Assembly: GCA_035084275.1 (NCBI GenBank)
Contig: CM068762.1
Span: 11,842,001-11,906,000, forward strand
From: Hydrolagus colliei
Lineage: Eukaryota
Reading direction: 5' to 3'
Length of the DNA stretch: 64,000 bases
The notes under the pieces: generated by a model
Database searches by the model: none
What the model saw: only the letters and a program-made list of their open reading frames with translations
What the model was told of the DNA's origin: nothing
Translations under genes and position numbers: made by a program
Part shown: piece by piece, positions 1-10,426 of the stretch
How the letters are laid out: the number at the start of each line of letters is the position of its first letter
Position numbering within the stretch: the first letter of the stretch is position 1

Positions 1-300
1 CGATGGTGGGGCGGTTCGGGCGGGGGGCTTGGAGCAGGCCAAGTCCAGATGAACAGAGGATCCGGGTGGGCTTATAGGGGGAGAGTAAATCGGTTAAATA
101 GGGCGGAGCAAGGCCATGTAAGGCCTTGAAGGTGAGGACGAGGTTCTTGAACTCGATCCTCTGGAGGATGGGGAGCCAATGGAGACGGGCGAGGGTGGGG
201 GTTATGTGGTCGCGGAGGCGGGTGCGGGATAGTACACGGGCTGCAGAGTTTTGGCCAGGGTTGGAGCGAGGCAAACAGACTGTAGGATGGAGTTCCAATG
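1..300 (-). mobile_element. L2-clade LINE ORF2 C-terminal fragment
   Basis: Minus strand translates QNSAARVLSRTRLRDHITPTLARLHWLPILQRIEFKNLVLTFKALHGLAPPYL, the typical L2 ORF2 C-terminal motif series. Confidence 0.85.
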
Positions 301-380
301 GGTGAAGATAGGGTAGAGATGGTGGCATGGTAAATTAACAGTATAAATGGTGAGTGCGTCAACACTAATGTCCCCCCGCT

Positions 381-1980
381 GACCAGCCCAGTGACAATCA
401 CAGAGAAAGTGTTGTCTGTTATTTCAAGCCTGAGGTGCAGGTTGGTGCCAGGGTTCTCCTCTGAGCAGCTGTTGAGCAAATCTGAATTGTGTTCTTTCCC
501 TTCAAAGGAAATGAATATTTCTGTCCCAAGATCACAACCGCGCCAATGTCAACTGCACACGTTCCAGCGACAACCATCTCCTCCACTGTCACACAAACCT
601 CCACAACGCCAGGTGAACCTGAAGACAACAGGTAGGATTGGAACTATCTCTCCGTATGTCAGGCCCTGACATGTCATTATGTCTTGGAGGGGTAGACTGG
701 ACAGAGAGGGCAAGGATTATTCTCATTAATCTCCTTTTAACCTTGTAAACTAACGGGTAGGGTGGTCCTAGCTCGAGAAATAATCATTTCAGTCATAAAT
801 TAGCCACTGAAAGCTGATTAAACCGCACAATTTACTGAATGTAGCCCATAAACCTTGGCCCTCACCAAACTGCAGCTCACGCAATTGCAAAGCGAGCCCT
901 CGTCTACGTGTTATAGTTTTGCAAACTTTGCAAAGAGGTGTAAGTGTGTCGAGAAGCCTTGTCACTTCTTGTTGTCTGCTCTGTAGGTTGGTGTACATTG
1001 TGCTGGGATTGCTGGGGCTGCTGCTGATCGCAGTCATTCTGTCTGTACTTGTGTTCAGGGAGCAAAGGAAGAAGCGCGGTGAGTGTCTGACTCATTAGGA
1101 TTCAATGGTTTATATTGACATTTATATACGTTATTCCACACCGTGCCCAGTCATTTCACTCCACAGAATATTCTGTGGGACGTTTTGAGGCGTCTCGAAG
1201 ACGTGATAAGGAGCTATATTTGGAATCCTGTAGCTCAGTGGTTAGAGCACTCGCCTTGAAAGTGAGAGAAATGGATTCGATATTAGGCAGGGTGCAACCT
1301 TGCGCGAGATTGCTTATCTCACACGTCTGATAATTTGTTTTTTTAATCCACGACTGTTTATGTGATGCTGCAGTGAACAAATGGGCGCCACATTTCGCCC
1401 ACAAACATACGGTTAATTCAGGTGACAGCATATTCTAAGAAGCGCTTTGAGATATCTAGAAGACATGAAAAATGCTACATCAAATGCAAGGATTATTATT
1501 ACTACAATGTTTGATGAGATGACTTTCCACTTTAGTGGTCACATGAAATCTACAGTGACATGGTGCAAATTTAGAAATTTGATAAGAGTCGATAGGTTGA
1601 AATTATTTGGATTGAACAGTGAGTTAGTGACTAGAGGGCAGTAATTCCAGATAGTTAACAAAAGAAGGAGAATAAAGGAAAGTTATTACACAGAGTTATT
1701 AGACAGGATGTGGAATGCCTCTCTGGGCAGTGGTCGAGACAGGATCTATATTAGATTACAGGAGGGTGTTAGACAACTGTCTGAAGAGCAATAAGTGGCA
1801 GGAGTTTGGGAAAAAGGAAACTGAACAGATTGCTCTGTCAATGAGCCAGCACAGACACAATGGGCCAAATTGCCTTTTTCTGTACTGTATATTTCAGTGA
1901 TTTTCTGTGGCTTTAACTTTACTTCCAACATGTCAATGATTAGTAGCAGATTGTCAGGAGACAGTTGTTGATTCTTGTGA
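381..1980. repeat. Left arm of near-identical ~1.6 kb inverted duplication (partner 10823-12421)
   Basis: Mirrored, almost identical ORFs in the track (e.g. 1115..1330+ vs 11483..11698-, 1447..1644+ vs 11169..11366-); by eye only scattered substitutions and two short indels. Confidence 0.95.
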
Positions 1981-2658
1981 ACATTTTCCCTCTGTCTAAG
2001 ATCTCCGTATTGCTGCTTCACATAGAAGAACAGTTGGCTCACGTGGAGCAGGGAATGGTGATGAGGTAAGAAGTTTAATGTACGTTAAGAAAAGTTTAAA
2101 CTGATGACCTGGGACCTGCCTCAGGTGGATGTTAAAGAGCCACTGATCACAAAGAGATGGGAGTTTCTCCCTATGTTTTGGCCAACAATCCAGCAGATTA
2201 ACTGGTCAGTCACCTCCAGGCTGTTTGTGAGACATTGTGTGAGCAGACTGTGAAGTGAACACTTTGAGATGGTGACATTATAGGCGCGATATCAAACACA
2301 AACTTATTACTAAGCACAAAGCAAATCATGTCTGAGCATTGTATTGACCCGTGCAATTTAACTCCAGCTTGAAACCAATACAACTTACGCCATCGTGCAG
2401 AAGAGGTCAGCGCGTTCTGTGGCTGGGAGCAGCGAGGCAGCCACACAGTTATGCACTGGAGATGCCAACATCACGTACGCAGAAGTGAAGTTTGTTCAGA
2501 GATCAGCAAAGACAGAAAGTGGAACCCCAGCCACGCTCTCATCCGACACTGGCGACAGTAACATTTACAGCAACATCACGGCTCAAAATCCACCCTCACA
2601 GGACAGGAAGGAAAACCCAGAGTTGGAATTAACAGAATATGCTACAGTTACACATTAG
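508..2658 (+). CDS. Immune receptor gene A (CD300/pIgR/MDIR-like, inhibitory), 3' part: stalk, TM and cytoplasmic exons
   Basis: Phase-consistent AG/GT exons 508-631 (GNEYFCPKITTAPMSTAHVP..., Ser/Thr stalk), 987-1078 (TM LVYIVLGLLGLLLIAVILSVLVF-REQRKKR), 2001-2065, and 2368-2658 (TTYAIV, ITYAEV, NIYSNI, TEYATV, stop). Ig exons are presumably upstream of the window. Confidence 0.85.
1227..1503 (+). mobile_element. tRNA-derived Deu-domain SINE
   Basis: tRNA-like head GTAGCTCAGTGGTTAGAGCAC...GGATTCGATA, degenerate Deu-type core, L2-like tail ...TCAAATGCAAGGATTATTATT. Confidence 0.8.
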
Positions 2659-3757
2659 CAGCAAAAATAGTGCTGGGGTTTGTGCGTGTGGGGGGGAGGT
2701 GGGGCGGGGGAATGTAACCCGTGATTTGCTAATTATCACAAGTTGCAATTTTCACGCTAGATGATGCATCGCAATAATAATAATAATCCTTGCATTTGAT
2801 ATAACGCTTTCACATATTATCGGCGTCTCAAAGCACTTCACAGAATATATACTGTAAAGTGAATTGACTGTACAATTGTGGGTAGCGGTATCCAATGCTA
2901 CAATGCTGTTATTCCCGTTAGCATTTATTCAGAGGGAATATTTTTGGCTATAGTAAAATGCGCAGGGCTTTTTGCGACAATCCTTTTATGTTATTGTTTT
3001 GTCGGACACTTAGAAACGCTGCACTATTCGCGACCAAACTGTCCACAAAAAAACGAGTCACTAACAGGAATTCCTGACACAAGCTGCCGGATTTACTCTG
3101 CCTCCAATTAAACAACTCAAGGGATCCCATACCTGTGACCGACATTGCCCAGTGTAACGCTGCTCTGAATGTTTACGCCTTTCGTTTAGTTAAATAAAAG
3201 TCTTCAACTGCCTGACTTTCATCTGCCTCAATAACTGGGGAAGAGGAGCCATGTAAGGAGTGACCAAAACAAACTGTCTCTGATCTTAACCGTTCACACA
3301 GCAAATCTTAGTCTTGTGTGTACTGTCGAGTTAGTTCTGAGGATTTAGTGATGTGAAAGGCTCTACACAAGTGTAATTTTGTTGATTTTTTTGTTGTTAG
3401 TTAACACAAATATGAGCAATGGTTGACAAGAAAGAAAGTCAGTCACATACAGGTGCTTCCCTGCACCTAATACTCTCCGGGATTTCTGGAAATCTGTCTG
3501 GTTGGAACGCTGTGAAGCCTGGTGACAGGTGTGTCAGTCACGGTAACACCCTTCCACATGTGTCAGGCACACGGCTGGTGTTGGACACCTGGCCGACCCC
3601 CTGAAAATAAATTGTAGACAAATATAACCAGCTTGCTTTGAGTTTGTTGAAATAAACAGGAAGAGATCATCTAGATCACCTGACTGCTCAAGAGTCTACC
3701 CCCAAGTCTTGAGCTTCTCTTTGAAACTGACGTCCAAAGACGAGGACGGAACTCATC

Positions 3758-6700
3758 ATGTTCCTGCCATTTTCAGTGCCAACAATTCTTCCCCCGTCGC
3801 CCTCTGCAAACCGAGTTCTACTCTTCACAGCAAAGAGAACATTGGCCACTGTGATGCTTCTCTGCTCTTCTCTATCAGGTGAGTGGCAGCCTCCTGAGTT
3901 GAGTTGTACAGTTACGACAGAAGCATTGAAACTTGCAGCACAGAAGGTGTCCATTCTGTTCTATTGTGTCTGTGCGGGTTCTGTTGAGCAATGCTTGCAG
4001 TCCCAATTAGCTGTCTCTCCTGCTGCGATGTCCTGTGATGGGCCTGGAGAAGTTCAAAGATGTGATAAGGCCCTATGTCAAAAGTAAGGATTATTATTAT
4101 TAAACCCATAGTTTTAACAATTACAGAGCGTCATTTAATACCTGCTTTTAAAATTTCTGCTATTTTGCTGCAAAATGTGATATTCAGGTTAAATTTTTGA
4201 TAAACAGTAATAAAAGTAATAATACTAGTATTACTGCTTTTTTCAATTAATAATACAATGACAAAATGAAAATAATTCTATTTAATTACAAAATGTGATT
4301 TTCAAAGGCAATAAGAATAAGAGACATTAAATGTTTCAAAGATAATAATAATGATGAGATTAATTAATGACGAGACACAAATTCATTTTGTGTCTCATTT
4401 AAAAGATCAAATTAAAATACTGTTGGTGGCAAAGAGGCTAAATTTAGAAAAAGAGAACTGAAAGCTTCTAACTTTGTTCCAGCAAAAAGGGAAGTGAAAC
4501 ATTGGGTTAAGAAAAACTCAAGGAAAGTTAGAATTTGTGACAACTAGATTTTAAACAAAATAATCTTTCCATTTTTACAAAGGAAAACTAGTTTGAAGCT
4601 CAGTTCATCTTATTGCGTGGGAAACTGTTAAGGATCCTGGTGAACCGTGAATGATCTTATTTGATGATGAGGTTATATGGCTCAACAATAACTTGCATTG
4701 ATTGAAAGGGAAGTAGCACCTTCCTGCCTGTGATCTGCTCACATCTTATAGATTCGTAGATTCATAGATTCATAGAATTTTACGGCACAAAAGGAGGCCA
4801 TTCGGCCCATCTAGTCTGTGCCGGCTCTTTGAAAAGAGCGATTCAATCCCACTGCCCTGCCCGCTCCCCATAGCCTAATAGACCTGTTCTCCCTAAATAA
4901 AGATCTAATTCCCTTTTAAAAGTTGTTATCTTATTGCACATCCTTCCTCCCCCGCACTCCACCATCAGCGGCCATACTTTCCGTTACTGTACCCCGAATC
5001 TCTGGAACTCAGTTCCTCAATCTTCTCTCTTTGTCCATCTTCAAATCATAAGAATGTCAGAATTAGGAACAGGAGTAGGCCTTTCAGCCCCTTGAGCCTG
5101 GCCCGCTGTTTAATAAGATAATGGCGGATCTTCTATCTTAATTTCACGTATCCGCCCTATCCCCATATCCCTTAATCTTTTAAAAATCTGTCAATCTCAG
5201 TCCCGAACATGTCTTGAAATCACCAGAAAATTATTCTCTTGGCCTGTGCCATTTGTGTAAATATTTCACTTTTCACCTCCACCTTGCTCCCCTATCTCTT
5301 TCTCTAGAGAATTTATGGCTTTTTGGTCATCACTCCACCCCCCCACCCCCGCCTACCCCAAGCAGCCCAGAGCAGCACTAACTCTCTCTCTGAGCCTTCT
5401 TGAGGAAGTACCAGGAACCTCAAATTGACCATGTCCCGACCCGGCATCACTGAGCTGGAAATTGCAGAGAAAATGAAATCTAGTAACTCAATGTATTCAG
5501 ACCTTTGTTCGGGAACAGAGATTAATTCAGACACCGGCAGCTTTTTTAACACAGAATAATTAATTAGCAGTGAAACTGAAATGTGTTACTTTATCTTAAT
5601 AGGAGACTACTGCCAGCCAAACGAGCTTTCAATCCCATCATCTAACCTCACAATAACCAATACCATCCAAAACAACTCCATTTCAACCAATCTGGCAAAA
5701 GTCAGCACATCAACCACAAACTCCCAAATCACAAGAGCCTCAACATCTGGCCCCTCAAATACAATCCCTCCAACATTCAGCCCCTCAAACACAATCCTCC
5801 CAACATTCAGCCCCTCAAACACAATGCCCCCAACATTCAGCCCCTCAAACATAATCCACCCAAAATTCAGCCCCTCAACCATGAACCCTTCAACATCCAG
5901 CCCCATAACTGGACATCCCACAACTATAAGCCAACAGTCCACTGCTTACCCAACAAGTCTACAGGACAAAGAATCCAAACCTGAAAGCAGCAGGTAGGAA
6001 ACTTTCTTTCCTAAAATTTGGGTAGATCAAAACCCTAGTGCCACAGATTAAATGTTCTTTAACAGCTGTGTGTGGGGTGGGGTGGGGGGTAGTGGCAATT
6101 TTAGCAGTTGTTCGAAATAGATTGAATCGGACCGGAAATATCAGCTGAGAGCATCAGAGCAATGGTGTCATAAACTGCTATATGAAACTCAAAGACTGCA
6201 GCTAGCATGTGTGAAAGCTTTTTTGTCGGGTTCTTGTTGCAGAGATATATAAATAGTATTTTCTGTACCAATGTTTCCTTCTAATGGTTCTGCCATTTCG
6301 CAAATGGAGCAAACAGTTGACACAGTGTACTTACTGACTACTTGTGAGTTTAAAAAGGACTTGTCAATTGCACGTGACATCCATTTGTAGCAACAATTAA
6401 TAATTAAAATATATGACTGAACTCAAACTTTTAAATGTAGAAAACTCTTTCAATTAAAAATATTTAGAGTCGGAGATAAGTCTTCAGTCCCAATGTACAC
6501 TAAACTGGTATCCTACCAGTCAGTGTTCACAATGGCAAGCTGATTAAACTCCCAACACACTGAGGTCCTTGGATTTTGACAACTTGCACCAATACTCTCC
6601 AGAATTAAGTGAACAAGATGCCCTTGGGGAAAGATTGCATTTTCTACTTTAAACAAATGGAAATTTCCATGCCTATGTGGAACACTCAGTAGTTAGATAC

Positions 6701-8853
6701 AGTACTTGTAAGCACAGTGGGTTTCACTATGAGATTACCAGTTGATGAGTGGCGAGAAGGAGAATCATGTTAAGTTCCTTAAAGAAGAAAGCATGGATCA
6801 GTCCAACAAATAGGTAGATGCTTCACACATTTTTATTGCCACATTGCACAACGTCAGAGGAGAGAAGAAGCATGATCTAATTTGTGGCCTAGTTCTGCGT
6901 TTGGTTGGGTACGCATTTCAATGTTGTCACTCAACCCACGGCTGTTTGTGGGGCACCGCTGCGTGCAATTGGCTGCCGCATTTGGCCCACAAAATATACA
7001 GTCTATCCACTTTGCAATATATTCTGTGAAGCGCTCTGAGACGTCTCGAAGACGTGAAAAGTGCTACATCAAGTGCACGGATTATTATTAATTCCTGTAT
7101 CTCTGCTCTACAGCTCTCCGTACATTGCACTGGCAGTGCTGGGGCCTCTGATCCTCTGTGTTCTGCCTGTTCTTTGGATTAGGAAGCGAAAGAAAAAACA
7201 CGGTACGTTTTCAAATCTCTCAATGTTTGGCCCACGTTTTTCCTGCAAAATATACAGTCATTTCACTTTAGGGGAAGGATATTGTGCGAAGTGCTTTGAG
7301 ACGTCTCGACAACGTGATAAGCTGTTATATCAAACAAGAATCATTATTATTTAATGTTTAGTTGCCAACAGGATATCTTTGTCCCTAAAGTGGAGTTGTG
7401 TCGGAGCTCAGACTTTGGGGAGACTGGGAGCAGGCCGGAAGACTCTAGATATTGTAAAAAGGAATATATTTACGGGATGTAGGGAGAGCAGACAACAACA
7501 ACAAAATTACTGCGTAATTTGTAATCAGTGCCTTTCACGTCAGGAGGACATCCCAAGGTGCTGGGTATACAGTTGGATGCTTGTTGGATACTGTAGTGCG
7601 CATCTGGCTGCCGCGTTTCGCCCACAGAACCTACAGTCAATGCACTTCACATTATATTCTGTGAAGCTCTTTGAGAAACCTTGAGGACGTGAAAAGCGCT
7701 ATTCAAATGCTGGGATGATTATTAGTACAGAGTTGAATGATTGCTCTTTTGTGGGCGATTATATGATGGGTGGAGATCAAACACATGCGCGTTTGACTGT
7801 ATGCATCGCTCCTCTGTTCATCCAACGTGTGATTTAAACAAAATGCTCTTTTCACCAATAATATTGTAACAGCACAAACAACTTGCGCTTATATAGAGCC
7901 CTTCACGCTGTGGGGGGGGTGTCACCTTATTGTTTTTCAGATACAAAACAGTTCAGATTGCACTCAGCACACAATGCTCTTTGGGACAGTGATCAGGTAA
8001 GAGCCTAATAAAATGGCATTGCTGTTAAATGTTAACTTTCTCTTAGCGTAATCTAACTTTATTCTTAAATATTTTTAGATTTTTTGCAGTTTTTTTTCCA
8101 TTGGCTCTATTCATACGCTACTTTTTAAAACCTTGGGATAAATAAATAACGTCCCCCATTATCCCAACCCTCATAATACAGCATAAATTGCCTGTGATCA
8201 TTCTCTATATTTCTCACTATTCGCTGGTCCATAACGGCTAATAATAATCCTCCCCCCCAAAAAAAACACAATAATAAAATTGGTCATTTCAAACTGTTTG
8301 TGGTGACGCTGCTGTGCACAATTGGCTGCCGTGTTTCACCCACAAATATACACTCAATTCACTTTACCTTGTATTCTGTGAAGCGCTTTGAGACGTCTAG
8401 AAGACCTGATAAGGCGCTATACCAAGTGCAAGGCTTACTAGTATTATTATTATTAATTCACCATTTCCTCGATTTTTGGTGTGTCAGTGATGATCACGAG
8501 ACCTCTGGCCTGTACATTGCGTCAACAGCTGTACCTGTACTTTATTTCAGTGTGGAAGAGAGTCTGAATTCAATGTCACGTACGCTGATGTGGAGAAGAG
8601 GCAGGCGGTGGCCCACGACACCGAGGGAGCTTCGCCGTTATTTAATGTAGACGACACTGTCACATACGCAGAAGTGCAGTTTGGCCGGGGAACGCTGCTC
8701 GAGAGCGGAGACGAGTGCCCAGCTGGCACGGACCCTAACACAACCTACGCCACTATCAGGTTTTTCCAGCCTCCAAACACAACTGATCAGTCTAAATTAG
8801 TGACGACCGGAGATAATGATAGTAATAATACGACTAATAATCCTTGCATTTGA
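3758..8853 (+). CDS. Immune receptor gene B: leader + mucin stalk + TM + ITIM/ITSM tail, no Ig exon found
   Basis: Exons 3758 (or 3854)-3878 (leader ...[14 protein letters not shown]|gtgagt), 5603-5993 (GDYC + S/T/P mucin), 7114-7202 (TM + RKRKKKH), 7941-7996, and 8551-8853 (VTYADV, VTYAEV, TTYATI, stop). Phases 1/2/1/0 give an open 319-aa ORF. The start codon is uncertain. Confidence 0.7.
4490..4500 (+). promoter_or_regulatory. ETS-IRF composite element (EICE) in intron 1 of gene B
   Basis: GGAAGTGAAAC matches the PU.1/IRF8 EICE consensus GGAAnnGAAA; motif match only. Confidence 0.35.
4748..4930 (-). mobile_element. CR1 LINE 3' end (5'-truncated)
   Basis: Reverse complement is almost identical to 51136-51313, including the (CTATGAAT)n tail. 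Confidence 0.9.
5751..5910 (+). repeat. 30-bp coding tandem repeat ([10 protein letters not shown]-like) in the mucin exon of gene B
   Basis: About 5 copies of TTCAGCCCCTCAAACACAATCCTCCCAACA variants, in frame. Confidence 0.9.
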
Positions 8854-10426
8854 ATTGACTGCATAATTTGTGGGCTAAACGCGGCAGAGAATTGTACACG
8901 GTAGTGTCCCACAAATAGTTGTGCATTCAGTGACTAAATTCTTCTTTTTCTTATACATTTTGCAGCGATTATTACCGCTGGAAAGCGATCCACCAATTGA
9001 CTGGCAAACGGATTCCTACAAACTGCTAGGTAGATAAACAGAGACATGTGGAGTATGGAAACATGCCTCAGATTTCGCTTCACCCGGGAATCAAACCCAT
9101 GTCCTCTTGCTTGCGAGGCGGCGCTCTAACTACTACGCCACAGAACTCCAACCATTGCTTTAATTTTATGCATGCTTATCTCTGCGAGTTCTTTTAGCTG
9201 TGTGGTCACATGTCACAGCAAGGTCTCAGCATCTCTGGCTCAGTGGGGAATAATCTCACCGCTTCTTGTTGCTTTGCTAATCAGGCTGGACACTTATCCT
9301 TTCTCTAGGGCCAGGTAATCCTGCCTGATTCATTGGCCAAGTCTGCGTTCAGAATGTGAACAGTCACAATGTTATGTAATACAGAATTTAACAATCAACA
9401 GATTGTAAAATTTATCGTCAAGAATGTGTGATAAGGTAGCGAATGACATACTTTCTTAAATAAATATAACCATTTGTTTACATTGAGAACGTGTTCCCTG
9501 CTACTTAAACCTCTTGGGGGGTATTAGTTATGACAAATGTGGAAGTTCAGGAGTTGACAAAACCCATCACAGTGATGAGCTGGGTTTCTGATAGAAGCAC
9601 AACCTCATGTGGATGCTTCAAAGTACTGTATATTCTATCTGGACATGCACGTTCCTACTAAATTCCTACTAAATGCACATCCTGTTAAACCATTTCCAGA
9701 GAGTGTCAGGGGCAGGGAGGCACCTGTATGTGATTGACTCCCTTTCTTGTCAACCATTGAACAGATTTGTATATTTGTGTCAACTATATCTTCAGAACTA
9801 ACACAATGTGACATGACACTAACATTTAAAAGGTGACAGTTAGTATCAGGGACAATCTGTTATGGTCACTCCTCATCCCCAAATACTCAGGAAAATGAAC
9901 AATGAACTTCAGGCAGTTGAAGACTTTTATTTAACTCATTGAGAGGCGTAAACATTCAGTGCAGCGTTACATTAGGCAATGCCAGTCACAGGTATGGGAT
10001 CCCCTGAGTTGTTTAATTGGAGCCAAAAGTAAATCCAGCATCTTGTGTCTGTCTGCTCAGCGAGGCAAAGAAATTCCCATCTCGGACACTTTCTTTGTGT
10101 GGATAGTTTGGTCGCGAATAGTGCAGTGTTTCTGAAAGGATTGTTGCGTACAGCTGTGCGAATTTTACTGGAGCCAAAAATATTCCCTCTGAATAAATGC
10201 TAACGGGAATAACAGCATTGCGAGATACCCCTACCCCACATAGCGATGCATCATCTAGCGTGTAAATTGCGACTTGTGATAATTAGCACATTGTGGGTTA
10301 CATCCACCCCACGCCCTCACATACACATACCCACCCCATCACTATTTTTGCTGCTCATGTGCAAGTCAAGCATATTCTCTTAATTCCAACTCTGGATCTT
10401 CCTTTCTGTCCTGTGAGGGTGGATTG

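Noticed and set aside
2026-2065. Shorter 40-nt version of the gene A cytoplasmic exon
   Set aside because: It breaks phase with the tyrosine-motif exon; the acceptor at 2000 (65-nt exon) has a better pyrimidine tract and restores frame in both A and C.
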